Assembly (NCBI GenBank): GCA_964635905.1
Contig: CAZWPK010000001.1
Coordinates: 224,293-288,292, forward strand
Reading direction: 5' to 3'
Length of the DNA: 64,000 bases
Source: an uncultured Pseudomonadales bacterium
Lineage (GTDB): Bacteria; Patescibacteriota; Microgenomatia; UBA1400; UBA12028
Part shown: positions 45,542-55,812 of the stretch, piece after piece
Numbering within the stretch: the stretch's first letter is position 1
Layout of the letters: each line of letters begins with the position of its first letter
Translations under genes and position numbers: made by a program
The notes under the pieces: model-generated
Told to the model about the DNA's origin: nothing
Seen by the model: only the letters and a program-made list of their open reading frames with translations
Database searches by the model: none

Positions 45542-48340
45542 ATGACCCATCAATCTGAATTTCAACTTGAACAAGAATTACTTCAACAACTCATTTCACT
45601 TGGATTTGAGTTGGTTTCCGTTCCTGATAACGATGCTCTGACCATCAATCTCCGTTCTCAGCTTGAAAAATTCAATGAAGTGAAGTTTTCTGATACTGAG
45701 TTTTCTCGAATCCTCAATCACCTCCAAAAAGGAGATAGATTTCAGAAATCAAAAACGCTGCGTGATAGATTTGCGCTGACACGCGATGATGAGTCAATCT
45801 TTTATGTTCGTTTCTTCAACACTGAGAAACGGTGCAAGAATGAGTACCAGGTCACGCATCAGGTCAACCAAGAAGGCACCCATAAAAATCGCTATGACGT
45901 GACACTGCTGATCAATGGCTTTCCATTAGTACAAATTGAGTTAAAGCGTCGTGGCATGGAAATGAAGGAGGCATTCAACCAAATTCAACGCTACCATCGC
46001 CATTCTTTTGCAGGCACGCTTTTCGAATATGTCCAGATCTTCGTGATTTCAAATGGAGTAAATACGAAGTATTTCTCCAACAATCCGAAACAATCATTCG
46101 AGCAGACGTTCTACTGGACGGACAAAGACAATGTAAAAATTACAAAATTACGTCAGTTTACCGATATTTTTCTAGAGAAGTGCACGATATCAAAGATGAT
46201 TGCTGAATACATTGTGCTGGCTGAATCATTACAAATTCCGATGGTTCTTCGACCATACCAATACTATGCAGTGAACGCCATTGAACAACGAGTTCGAGAG
46301 TCTAGTAAAAACGGGTACATTTGGCATACAACAGGATCAGGCAAGACCTTAACTTCCTATAAGGCAAGTCAGGTTCTTGAGCGGATGCCCGAAGTGAAAA
46401 AAGTATTGTTTGTGGTGGATAGAAAAGATTTGGACATTCAAACCACCAAAGAGTTCAATTCATTCTCCGATGGGTCTGTGGATGGGACAAACAGTACCAC
46501 TCATTTGGTTAGACAGCTCAAAGATCCCAATCGTAAATTAATTGTTACAACAATTCAAAAGCTGGATATTGCTATCTCAAGAGAATCATATTTAGAACAA
46601 TTTCCAGGCTTACAACACGAAAAAATTGTAATCATTTTTGATGAGTGTCATCGAAGTCAATTTGGACAGACTCATGCTCGCATCTCCAATACCTTTAAAA
46701 ACGCACAACTGTTTGGTTTTACTGGAACTCCGATTTTTGCCGATAATAATGTGGGAGGTGTAACTACAGCAGATGTTTTTGGTGAGTGTTTGCACAAGTA
46801 CATCATTACCCATGCGATTGATGACAATAATGTGCTCGGATTTGCTGTTGAGTATGTAGGGAAGTATCGGCAGCGATATCCGGAAACACGCTTCACCGAC
46901 AACTTTGAAGAAGTTCAGGTGGAAGGAATAGACACTAAAGAGGTCTTAGAGAGTGATGACCGATTAAGTAAGATAACAGACTATGTGCTCACCGACTGGA
47001 AAAGAAAAACAAAAAATGGACAATTTAATGCGCTGTTTGCAACACCAAATATCGAGGTGCTCAAAAAGTACTACCGATTATTTAAGGAAAAAAAGCCTGA
47101 CTCCTTACGCATTGCCACGATCTTTACGTACCAGGCCAATGAAGATGAGAGTTCTGACATGTTGGACGTAGATGTATTTGCAGGCGAAGGTACGGTAGGG
47201 AATCTGCACTCCAGAGACTTTCTTGAAGCATGTATTACGGATTACAACGCATTGTACGGCACAAACTACTCAACCGAACGCTTCTATGATTACTATCGCA
47301 ATTTACAGGAAAGAATAAAGAATAAGCAGGTAGATCTTGTACTGGTAGTCAACATGTTTCTGACAGGTTTCGATAGTCCTCGGCTCAACACGCTCTATGT
47401 GGACAAAAACTTACGGTACCATGGCCTAGTTCAGGCCTATTCCCGTACCAACCGATTGCTAAACTCTACGAAGCCCCATGGAAACATTGTCTCTTTCAGA
47501 AATTTGAAGGAAAACACTGATCAAGCCTTGGCTCTCTTTGGTGATGAACATGCCAAAGAAGTCGTGTTTAAGAAACCCTATGAAGAACAGCAGCGGGACT
47601 TCGTGAAGGAACTTACTCTTCTCAAGGAGTCGGTACCAACAGTGGAGAGTGTTGATGATTTGCAGGGAGATGAGCAACGCTCAATCTTCGTAAAGTCTTT
47701 TCGTAACCTATTACGGATTAAATCATCACTTGAAACCTTTGCTGAATTTAGTTTTAGCGATCTTAGAATAACCGAACAAGAATTTTATGACTATCAAAGC
47801 AAATATTTAGATATTCACGAGGAGCGTAAGCGACATAGCCCAGCAGTTGAATCCATTCTTGATCAGATCGATTTTGAGCTTGAGCTCACAACAACTGATA
47901 TCATCAACTTTGACTACATCATTCAGCTCATATCAGGCTTGAAAAATATAAGCTCTGACACCATCAGAGAAAAGAAAACTGAAGATATCCTCAAATTGTT
48001 TGATAGAGATGTGAAGCTTCGCAAGAAGAAAGAACTCATTCGCAAGTTTATCGAAGAAAACCTACCCCAAATTTCAAGCGGGGACGATGTTGAGAAGGCA
48101 TTTGGCGCTTTTTGGAATAGTGAGCGATCAACTGCCTTAAAAGAAGTTGCCCAAGCGGAAAATATCTCTGTAGAGAGTCTTGAGGGAGTAATTAGTGAAT
48201 ACCTCTATACTCAAAAGCTACCGAAAGGGCAGGATATTATTGAATTGTTACCACAGACTCCGTTCATGTCGGAAAGGCAAAGTATCATCGATCGAGTGAG
48301 AAATGCGATACAAACTATTGTTGATATGTTCGAATGGTAA
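45542..48340 (+). CDS. hsdR: Type I R-M restriction endonuclease/helicase subunit
   Basis: Walker [13 protein letters not shown] and DEAD/H-box [11 protein letters not shown] 45542 follows the hsdS stop; the ORF-track start at 45500 overlaps hsdS. Confidence 0.85.
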   Translation: MTHQSEFQLEQELLQQLISLGFELVSVPDNDALTINLRSQLEKFNEVKFSDTEFSRILNHLQKGDRFQKSKTLRDRFALTRDDESIFYVRFFNTEKRCKNEYQVTHQVNQEGTHKNRYDVTLLINGFPLVQIELKRRGMEMKEAFNQIQRYHRHSFAGTLFEYVQIFVISNGVNTKYFSNNPKQSFEQTFYWTDKDNVKITKLRQFTDIFLEKCTISKMIAEYIVLAESLQIPMVLRPYQYYAVNAIEQRVRESSKNGYIWHTTGSGKTLTSYKASQVLERMPEVKKVLFVVDRKDLDIQTTKEFNSFSDGSVDGTNSTTHLVRQLKDPNRKLIVTTIQKLDIAISRESYLEQFPGLQHEKIVIIFDECHRSQFGQTHARISNTFKNAQLFGFTGTPIFADNNVGGVTTADVFGECLHKYIITHAIDDNNVLGFAVEYVGKYRQRYPETRFTDNFEEVQVEGIDTKEVLESDDRLSKITDYVLTDWKRKTKNGQFNALFATPNIEVLKKYYRLFKEKKPDSLRIATIFTYQANEDESSDMLDVDVFAGEGTVGNLHSRDFLEACITDYNALYGTNYSTERFYDYYRNLQERIKNKQVDLVLVVNMFLTGFDSPRLNTLYVDKNLRYHGLVQAYSRTNRLLNSTKPHGNIVSFRNLKENTDQALALFGDEHAKEVVFKKPYEEQQRDFVKELTLLKESVPTVESVDDLQGDEQRSIFVKSFRNLLRIKSSLETFAEFSFSDLRITEQEFYDYQSKYLDIHEERKRHSPAVESILDQIDFELELTTTDIINFDYIIQLISGLKNISSDTIREKKTEDILKLFDRDVKLRKKKELIRKFIEENLPQISSGDDVEKAFGAFWNSERSTALKEVAQAENISVESLEGVISEYLYTQKLPKGQDIIELLPQTPFMSERQSIIDRVRNAIQTIVDMFEW

Positions 48341-48551
48341 TGCAAGAATGCATTGATGACTCAACTCCAAGTGTGTTAGAGCTTCAAAATGTTTTGGGAA
48401 GATTTCTAAAAAGCAACTGATTTCTCCTTCTTACAATTCTCGAGGTGTTAACTAAGTATTATACACGCAAATAATACCCCAAAGAAAGTCGTTGATTTTC
48501 CATCCTTCTTGAGGTTAAATCTATTTTTAAAAGCTAGTTGGAGGTCCAACT

Positions 48552-48743
48552 ATGATAGAGGCACAAATTGATAATGCTGCAGCAAGGCTTGCTGAAGCAG
48601 AACTCTTGCGTACAGTCGCAAAAGCTGACCAGAAGGCTGGCGAAGCTAAAACAATTCGATCGTCCGAATCTGACAAACGATCGCGCACACTACTTAGCGA
48701 ATCAGTTCCTTTCATCTATGTAGAGGGTGCTGTTCGTCAGTAA
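48552..48743 (+). CDS. hypothetical small protein
   Basis: 63 aa, followed by a strong terminator. Confidence 0.3.
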   Translation: MIEAQIDNAAARLAEAELLRTVAKADQKAGEAKTIRSSESDKRSRTLLSESVPFIYVEGAVRQ

Positions 48744-48764
48744 ACTTATCTCGACACACAAAAA

Positions 48765-48790
48765 CCCCGTTTCATCGCGGGGTTTTTTTT
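48765..48790 (+). terminator. Intrinsic terminator
   Basis: CCCCG-tttcatcg-CGGGG followed by eight T residues. Confidence 0.55.
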
Positions 48791-48839
48791 ATCCCTCTCT
48801 TCTCGTACAATCAATCTAGTATCTTGCTATCATCATCCT

Positions 48840-49736
48840 ATGATCCTACTTTCTGGTTCCTCCAACATCTCCTTGGCTCGAAAGATAGCTGAACACTTGG
48901 GTCAGCCGTTAGGCAGTATCGAGTCCTCTACCTTTGCCAATGGAGAACGACGCGTGTGGGTCAAAGAAGAAGTGAAGGGAAAAGATGTGGCGCTCATTCA
49001 AAGCTTTAGTGAGCCCGTGGATGCGCACATCATTGAATTCTCATTAATTGTGGATGCGCTCTTTCGACTAGGTGCTCGCCGTGTCTTTGCAGTGATCCCT
49101 TGGTTTGGCTACAGTTTGCAAGATAAGTCGTTTCGTCCGGGAGAACCCATTGCCGCCAAGGTCATCGCTACCATGCTAGGCAGTCTCTCCATCTATCGCT
49201 ACATTCTTTTGAATCTACATAACAACAGTAGTGCGGGTTTCTTTCAAAACCCTACGTCTGTACTCTCTTCTGATTCCGTCTTTGAACAAGAGATCAAAGC
49301 GTTAGGGAAGGATACAGTTTTAGTCTCCTCAGACTTTGGCGGCTTAAAGAAGGTGGGACTATTCTCTCAACGCCTGAATCTTCCCTTTGCCAATATTGAT
49401 AAACGACGGGATTTGGCAACAGGACACGTCTTGGCCCATTCCATCTCCGGTGATGTGGAAAACAAAACGGCAGTGATTCTCGATGACATCATTAACTCCG
49501 GCTCCACCGCCATTGAAGCTGCACGGATCGCCCGCGAACGTGGAGCAAAAAAGATTCTAATGCTTGCAACCCATGCGCTTCTGGCAGGTGATGCAAGTCA
49601 ACGACTTCAAGAGAGTGAAATTGATGAAGTCATTGTCACCGATACGGTTGACTCCTCAGCAAAACGATTTCCAAAACTTCGCGTAGTATCGATCTCCCAT
49701 CTGATCGCCGATGAACTAGCGCAATGGTCTAAATAA
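48840..49736 (+). CDS. prs: Ribose-phosphate pyrophosphokinase
   Basis: LLSGSSNISLARKIAEHLG, a PRPP-binding loop ILDDIINSGST. Confidence 0.85.
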   Translation: MILLSGSSNISLARKIAEHLGQPLGSIESSTFANGERRVWVKEEVKGKDVALIQSFSEPVDAHIIEFSLIVDALFRLGARRVFAVIPWFGYSLQDKSFRPGEPIAAKVIATMLGSLSIYRYILLNLHNNSSAGFFQNPTSVLSSDSVFEQEIKALGKDTVLVSSDFGGLKKVGLFSQRLNLPFANIDKRRDLATGHVLAHSISGDVENKTAVILDDIINSGSTAIEAARIARERGAKKILMLATHALLAGDASQRLQESEIDEVIVTDTVDSSAKRFPKLRVVSISHLIADELAQWSK

Positions 49737-49738
49737 CT

Positions 49739-50611
49739 ATGCCATTCTGGAATAAAAAGGATCAACCAGCTGGGCATGATAAACCAAAAAGAAGAGAAAC
49801 TGGGAATACCGACCCCTATCCGATTGAGCAGATTGGAAGTCCGGAATTTCAAGCTCGAGTAAAACGACTCTCAGCGGAGCTTGCCAAGTCACTCAATCAA
49901 AGGGAATGGGCCGCCCAAATCGATAAACACACCACACCAAGTAGTTATCTTACTGCACTCACGAGGGCTCTGTATAACAGTTTGAGTCAGGAAAATGGGA
50001 AAGCTCAAACACACCGAGGAGATCCATTTGCCTATCTTCCCAGTGACGAAAATTCTAGCCCTGGTTCCATGAAAGCGTATTTTCAACTTCGGCCAGAATA
50101 TAAGGCTGCAACGGAGGCAATTGCCACAACGATTCAAACAAGAGTAAGACAACGAGGTTTGCAACTGGAGGGAAAATTCGATCGCTATCCTGACAGTAAC
50201 CGAAGGGATCGAATTGTCTTTTACTTTAACTCAGAAGATCGTGCAACAATCCTTCCGGTGCTTGCAGAGTTGGCAAGTGATTTTGTTGAGGATCCCGGAG
50301 TGTTACGTGACATTTCTCCTCAAGTGATTCCAGGTATTAACTATGCAGTTGATCCGAATGAGATTTGGAACAGCTTTGTATCCAAATGCATCCCCGAAGA
50401 CCAAAAATATGTTTTTTCCTACCGCCGGATGTTTGCATTCTTTTCTGCAACTGAAGTTGCACTGCAGCTCATAAATAGTCGGGGAAAAGATCAGAAATCA
50501 ACGGAGTTGCAGCAATACGTCTCTACTGTTGCCGAAGCAATCAAGGATTTTAATACGGACCCTCAAGGAGCGTACATAAAATTCATGAAGAGGTTGAATC
50601 CTCGTGGCTAG
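49739..50611 (+). CDS. hypothetical protein
   Basis: 290 aa, starting 3 nt after the prs stop, with no recognisable domain. Confidence 0.5.
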   Translation: MPFWNKKDQPAGHDKPKRRETGNTDPYPIEQIGSPEFQARVKRLSAELAKSLNQREWAAQIDKHTTPSSYLTALTRALYNSLSQENGKAQTHRGDPFAYLPSDENSSPGSMKAYFQLRPEYKAATEAIATTIQTRVRQRGLQLEGKFDRYPDSNRRDRIVFYFNSEDRATILPVLAELASDFVEDPGVLRDISPQVIPGINYAVDPNEIWNSFVSKCIPEDQKYVFSYRRMFAFFSATEVALQLINSRGKDQKSTELQQYVSTVAEAIKDFNTDPQGAYIKFMKRLNPRG

Positions 50612-50619
50612 TCGCGTTA

Positions 50620-50836
50620 TGCTATACTTTCAAGTGAATTGCAGCGGAAGAGCACCCAACTCTTCTTCCAGAAATGGAATGCTGATGTGGACATCAAAAG
50701 TACTAACACATCCGGAAGATAGCCGTCATCTATCAGAATCAAGGTCATTGGAGAACCAATGATAAAGAACGGTGGTACCGCGTGAAAACGCCCGTTTGTA
50801 TAGAACAGCTGTTCTGTATGGATGGGTTTTTTTATA
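50620..50836 (+). promoter_or_regulatory. T-box riboswitch leader (candidate proline-specific) with its own extended -10 promoter and intrinsic terminator
   Basis: TGCTATACT 50620-50628. GAAGAG/CTCTTC hairpin with a CACCCAA loop (CCC then A, 50653-50659). Exact T-box core GGTGGTACCGCG at 50771-50782. Terminator helix (50791-50826) followed by seven T residues (50827-50833). The downstream operon ends in proS. Confidence 0.6.
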
Positions 50837-50845
50837 GGAAAAGGT

Positions 50846-51136
50846 ATGACTGCAGAAACATATAGCTTCTCACTAGGTGCAGAAAACTTTCGAATTCCTA
50901 GTACGGTTGGCTACGAAGAACTGCTTTCTACACTAGGGATACAAATTATCGATCTCATCCTTGCCTATGGAAATAACAGCAGCTGGGAAGAACTTGTCCA
51001 GCGGTCAAAAAACGCACGTTTGCGAACAGGACATCAAACACAAGAAGACTTTCGTGCGGATACTATTATGAAAGCATGTAAACAATTATCATTATCACAA
51101 AGTCAGTTTTCAATTAATAAACCGGAGCAACTATGA
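50846..51136 (+). CDS. hypothetical small protein, first gene of the T-box-controlled operon, translationally coupled to proS
   Basis: 96 aa from ATG 50846 (the ORF track starts at 50822 inside the terminator T-run). Its stop overlaps the proS ATG (ATGA). Confidence 0.45.
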   Translation: MTAETYSFSLGAENFRIPSTVGYEELLSTLGIQIIDLILAYGNNSSWEELVQRSKNARLRTGHQTQEDFRADTIMKACKQLSLSQSQFSINKPEQL

Positions 51137-52803
51137 AATATTCAACTCTCTATGGCAAAACGAATAAAAACGATGTGGGTGGTTCCCAATTCATCAGTCA
51201 TCAGCTCCTGACGCGTGCGGGGTTTGTTCAGGAATCCACCGCAGGGAGGTACTACTTCTTGCCGTTAGGCTGGAGAGTTCATGACAAGATCAAAGCGATC
51301 ATCAAGGAAGAAATGGATGCGGTAGGCGGTCAGGAAATGATTACTCCGGTATTACATCCCATTGAGCTATGGGAAGAAACCAACCGAACAACCTCTGTCG
51401 GCTTTGAACTCATGTCCATTCAAGATGCCCGTGGAGCTAAGTTTGCACTAGGTGGAACAGCGGAAGAAATGTTTGTTGATTCCGTGCGCAAACTGCAGCT
51501 CTCATATCGTGATCTTCCTCTAAACCTGTACCAGTTCTCCACCAAATTCCGTGACGAGAAGCGCGCCCGTGGTGGACTCCTGCGTGTACGAGAATTTGTG
51601 ATGAAAGATGCCTATTCCTTTGACCGTAGCGAAGCAGAGTTTGCCAAAGTCTACGAACAGATGGCCCAAGTATATAGTCGCATCTTTTCTAAAATTGGAC
51701 TCTCAACCCTTAAAGTCGAAGCCGACAACGGTTACATTGGGGGAGAGTACTGTCACGAGTACCAAGTCGAATCCGCAATCGGAGAAGGACGATTTTTTGT
51801 GAGCCAAGATGGAAGCTATGTCGCCCATGAGGATGTCGCCAAGTTTAAGCGGGATGAGAAAAATGTGACGGACGACTTGAAAGACTATCAAGAAATTGAT
51901 GCCGTACGTGGAAACACCATGGAAGATGGGGTCGCTCTGCACGGACTCCCACTCTGGCAACAGATGAAAGATGTCATGATGGTCAACGAGGCAGGGAAGT
52001 TGATCCTGGCTGTGATTCGAGGTGACTATGATGTCAATGAAACCAAGCTTGCTCATGTTACGAATTCGTTCCACTTGCGACCGGCTACCGTTGAAGAAAT
52101 TCGTGCCATCGGCTCTGAACCTGGCTTCATCTCTCCGCATGGATTATCGGGGAAAGCGATCATCGTAGGCGATCTGTCGCTTCGAACCGTACGCAACATG
52201 TATGGAGGAGCGAACGCAAAACACAAAGATGCACTCAACTTGAACATCGACCGTGATTACACCGTCGATATTGAAGCGGATATTGTCATGTGTGCGAATG
52301 GCTACACTTCTGAATCTGGAAGTGTGTTGGAAGAAAAACGGGGAATTGAAGTCGGAAATATTTTCCAGCTAGGATACCACTACTCCTCCAAAATGACCGG
52401 AGCGACATTTACCGATGAAGATGGTTCCAAGAAGCCCTACTACATGGGCTGTTATGGAATTGGTTTGGGCAGAACCTTAGCGACTGTGGTCGAAAAACAT
52501 CATGATGACAAGGGCATTGTCTGGCCGAGTGCCATTGCACCCTATCAAGTGCATTTAGTAGATATCCAATCCAAAGAGCGTGGGCAAGAAATCTACGCAT
52601 CCTTGTGCCAGGCTGGCATAGAAGTGTTGTGGGATGATCGAGATGTCCGTGCAGGAGAAAAATTTGCTGACGCTGATTTGATCGGAATCCCTGTACGACT
52701 CGTTGTCTCCAATAAAACTGGGGAAAAATTAGAATGGAAGCGACGTAGCGAAAATGAATCAATATTGCTAGATCTATCTGAAGTGATTGGGAAACTGTTG
52801 TAA
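51133..52803 (+). CDS. proS: Prolyl-tRNA synthetase (bacterial type)
   Basis: Class II motifs (FRDEKRARGGLLRVREF, GGEYCHEYQV) and the N-terminal ISHQLLTRAGFV typical of bacterial ProRS. Confidence 0.9.
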   Translation: MKYSTLYGKTNKNDVGGSQFISHQLLTRAGFVQESTAGRYYFLPLGWRVHDKIKAIIKEEMDAVGGQEMITPVLHPIELWEETNRTTSVGFELMSIQDARGAKFALGGTAEEMFVDSVRKLQLSYRDLPLNLYQFSTKFRDEKRARGGLLRVREFVMKDAYSFDRSEAEFAKVYEQMAQVYSRIFSKIGLSTLKVEADNGYIGGEYCHEYQVESAIGEGRFFVSQDGSYVAHEDVAKFKRDEKNVTDDLKDYQEIDAVRGNTMEDGVALHGLPLWQQMKDVMMVNEAGKLILAVIRGDYDVNETKLAHVTNSFHLRPATVEEIRAIGSEPGFISPHGLSGKAIIVGDLSLRTVRNMYGGANAKHKDALNLNIDRDYTVDIEADIVMCANGYTSESGSVLEEKRGIEVGNIFQLGYHYSSKMTGATFTDEDGSKKPYYMGCYGIGLGRTLATVVEKHHDDKGIVWPSAIAPYQVHLVDIQSKERGQEIYASLCQAGIEVLWDDRDVRAGEKFADADLIGIPVRLVVSNKTGEKLEWKRRSENESILLDLSEVIGKLL

Positions 52804-52840
52804 CGCTTTTTATATTCAAGTTAAGGTCAAGAAGGAATTT

Positions 52841-53176
52841 ATGACTAAAATGGAGAAACCTAGAGAAGAGTGGGATCATCGTCGAATCAAAATGGCAAGC
52901 ATGTTCTACGATGATGTTCTCTTACCAGCTATACGTCATACTCCGTCGATTGGTAGTATCGATATCTTGCGACTAATTTCTGAATATCAAAATGGATTCC
53001 CTATTTTGGGAAACGATTTTGATGTCGATCACGTCTGGGGAACTGCGGTAAAGCGCTGTTTAGCAATCAAACAGAACGATCCAAGTACCGCTCACGACTC
53101 ACCAGAAGACAAAGAAACGCATCTTGAGGCATGGCGATTATTATCAATTCTAATTCGCGATCAACCAAGAATTTAA
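52841..53176 (+). CDS. hypothetical protein
   Basis: 111 aa from ATG 52841 with an AAGAAGGAA SD; the ORF track begins at 52787. Confidence 0.4.
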   Translation: MTKMEKPREEWDHRRIKMASMFYDDVLLPAIRHTPSIGSIDILRLISEYQNGFPILGNDFDVDHVWGTAVKRCLAIKQNDPSTAHDSPEDKETHLEAWRLLSILIRDQPRI

Positions 53177-53255
53177 TCTCAAAGAACAAAAAAGTACTAT
53201 TAAGGGAATGCACTGGTGCTTTGGGGTTGCAAGAGAATGGGTTACTTAATTTGTT

Positions 53256-53912
53256 CTATTGATTTGAACTAGTTTTTAACACTGCTAAATGGTGGTACGA
53301 ATAGAGTGAGGTTTTGGGAAAACACTCGGACCACTCTTGTTCATGAACTAATTGTAGTTTGTGTTTTCGATAGGTCTTTTTCCACTGGGCAACACTGCGA
53401 TAGGGATGGGGATAGAATTCAAAATTATCGAGCATGTCGGATGCGGATAGAATTTTCCGTTCAATGGGATTGCGAAAGACGTCTTCAATCACGATCACTT
53501 TTTTTGCCACCCGTTTGGCCTCGGCCAACACTTGCACTTGATCGCTGCAGTGATGGAGAACGTGTAAAAGTAACGCGCAGTCAAAGGATTGATCCTTGAA
53601 GGGGAGTCGCTCTCCATCATAGAGAATAGGTTGAATATCGGAATACATACTCATATTCACGATATCCACACTTGAAACTTTGTAACCTCGGCGTTGTAAC
53701 TCACAGGCAACGGATCCACCGCCTAATCCAATCTCTAATAACTTTTTATCGTTGCCAATAAACGGAGTGATCTTTGAAACGGTAGAGTGCGCTTTGCGCA
53801 TTGCAAATTTGTAGACAAGTTTGGAAAAAAAGTTTTTTGCCGCACCCGTTTTGCACGACACAGAGGTTGATTTGGTGATGAACGGAATCGGCATGAACCA
53901 CATCATACGCAA
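53256..53912 (-). CDS. Class I SAM-dependent methyltransferase
   Basis: Motif I LEIGLGGGSVACEL and an acidic motif II SSVDIV. Confidence 0.6.
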   Translation of the reverse strand: MRMMWFMPIPFITKSTSVSCKTGAAKNFFSKLVYKFAMRKAHSTVSKITPFIGNDKKLLEIGLGGGSVACELQRRGYKVSSVDIVNMSMYSDIQPILYDGERLPFKDQSFDCALLLHVLHHCSDQVQVLAEAKRVAKKVIVIEDVFRNPIERKILSASDMLDNFEFYPHPYRSVAQWKKTYRKHKLQLVHEQEWSECFPKTSLYSYHHLAVLKTSSNQ

Positions 53913-54105
53913 TGATTTTTGGTAAATCTACTACTGGATTTTTTAGAGAATGAATTTATACTCAACACCTAATATCCCGGTGAGGATTTCTACCACCACA
54001 ACGCCGTTAACATGGGTTGGGGTGGTAGTCTTGGTTTACACTACTTTTTCCTTTTTTTGTTTCCTTGATCTTTCTATTCACGTGCTTGCACGATACAATG
54101 GCGCT

Positions 54106-54981
54106 ATGAAATTACTCGTCACGCATCGTGGTCCCGATCTTGATGCAATCGCAAGTTTGTGGGTATTAAAACGCTTTCACACACAGGTATATGGAGATGC
54201 AAAACTCTATTTTGTTAATGCAGGGGACTCTATTGATTTGCGCACGGCTGCAGATATGGGATTTGCGATTGAAGATGTAACCCATGTGGATACAGGACTG
54301 GGAGAATTTGACCATCATCAGGAAGATCGGGGAAAGAAACGAATCTGTGCAACCAGCTTAGTCATTGACTATGTTGTCTCCATTCATCCGGAGCTTGGTA
54401 AAGACAAAGCGCTGCAGTATCTTTCAGAATTTGTTACCGCAATTGATCATTTCGAAGAACAACAATGGCCGAATGCCGCTGACCTAAAAAATCAATTCAT
54501 GATTCACAGCTTGATTGAGGGGATTCGTCGCAGTGGTCAAGCACCCGATGATGAAGCAACCGCGCATTTTGGATTCCTATGTTTGGACGCTGCGTATGCA
54601 GGAATTCTTGAACAGATTCAAGCCCAAGAAGATTTAGACACAAAGAAACAAGAATTTTCTACTCCGTGGGGAACTGGAGTCGGAATCGAAAGTGCCAACG
54701 ATGAAGTTGTAAAACTGGCGCAAAAAAGTGGCTATGTGGTCGCAGTTCGCAAGGATCCAAATAAAGGCGATATTCGCATCAAGGCAGTCCCAGGAAGAGG
54801 AATTGATTTAACACCCATCGAAAAGAAAGTGAAACAGATGGATTCGGTGGGTCGCTGGTATTTTCATCCTGGCAAAACAATGCTCCTTAACGGCTCCAGT
54901 AAAGATTCCAGTCGGTTACCCAGTCCACTCACGCTTCAGCAAATCATGACGCTGTTTGAACAATTACCAAAGGAGGGATAA
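54106..54981 (+). CDS. DHH-family phosphoesterase (NrnA-like)
   Basis: THRGPDLDAIAS (motif I) and GEFDHHQ (DHH motif). ATG 54106 is preferred to the ORF-track start at 53950. Confidence 0.65.
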   Translation: MKLLVTHRGPDLDAIASLWVLKRFHTQVYGDAKLYFVNAGDSIDLRTAADMGFAIEDVTHVDTGLGEFDHHQEDRGKKRICATSLVIDYVVSIHPELGKDKALQYLSEFVTAIDHFEEQQWPNAADLKNQFMIHSLIEGIRRSGQAPDDEATAHFGFLCLDAAYAGILEQIQAQEDLDTKKQEFSTPWGTGVGIESANDEVVKLAQKSGYVVAVRKDPNKGDIRIKAVPGRGIDLTPIEKKVKQMDSVGRWYFHPGKTMLLNGSSKDSSRLPSPLTLQQIMTLFEQLPKEG

Positions 54982-54989
54982 CACAGACT

Positions 54990-55325
54990 ATGTCAGACCC
55001 AACCATTTTTACAAAAATCATTAACCGAGAAGTTCCCGCGACCATCCACTACGAGGATGACGAGTTTATCGCCTTCAATGACATTTACCCACAAGCTCCC
55101 ATTCATGTGCTTGTGGTCCCAAAACATCTCTACCAGACGCTAGAAGAGGTAGGAATGGAGGATTCAGCTTTTCACGCCAAGCTCTTACAAACTGTGCGTA
55201 AAGTGGCTAACAAGCTAGGGATTAGTGAGAACTATAAAATTCAGATGAATGTGGGACAGAAAATGCAGTTGGTCCCTCATCTGCATGTGCACCTACTGGG
55301 AGGGTGGGAAAATCCCAGTCCCTAA
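54990..55325 (+). CDS. HIT-family (histidine triad) nucleotide hydrolase
   Basis: C-terminal HLHVHLLGG histidine triad. Confidence 0.7.
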   Translation: MSDPTIFTKIINREVPATIHYEDDEFIAFNDIYPQAPIHVLVVPKHLYQTLEEVGMEDSAFHAKLLQTVRKVANKLGISENYKIQMNVGQKMQLVPHLHVHLLGGWENPSP

Positions 55326-55490
55326 GTAGTGTTTCCTTTGGTAAATGGATCCAGACAGATCCCAAGGAAGGGCAGTGGTGTACCGGTTTTCCGATTACGG
55401 CTTTTAAGACCCTGATTCGTACAGTATAATAGCTACTCTTACATTGAGTTTGACCCATTTGAGTCTACCCGTGAGAGGAGGTGTTCGTTC

Positions 55491-55697
55491 ATGCCTACCA
55501 TCGTAAAAGCAAAAAAAGATGAAAATACCGACAGTGTCATTCGTCGCTTCAAGAAGCGCGTGCTTACTGACGACATTTTAAAGTTAGTGCAACGTAAAGA
55601 ATTTTACTTTAAGCCAGCTTTAATTCGTAAAGAAAAGAAGAAAGAGCTTGCTAAAAAGCTCGCTCGCGAACGTCGTATTCAAGCCAAAATGGGCTAG
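55491..55697 (+). CDS. rpsU: 30S ribosomal protein S21
   Basis: MPTIVKAKKDE...IRRFKKRV...KPALIRKEKKK, typical of S21. Confidence 0.8.
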   Translation: MPTIVKAKKDENTDSVIRRFKKRVLTDDILKLVQRKEFYFKPALIRKEKKKELAKKLARERRIQAKMG

Positions 55698-55812
55698 AAT
55701 TTTATTTGATTCTTAGGAAAGAGGCAGCTCTCGGGCTGTCTCTTTTTGTTTCCCCACCAAACTCCGGAATACTGAGATTGTCGTAATGATCCGATGGTAG
55801 AATAGAAGAACC

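Noticed and set aside
55366-55385. GGTGTACCGG upstream of rpsU resembling the T-box core
   Set aside because: One G is missing relative to the consensus, there is no specifier hairpin or terminator context, and the downstream gene is a ribosomal protein rather than an amino-acid-related gene.
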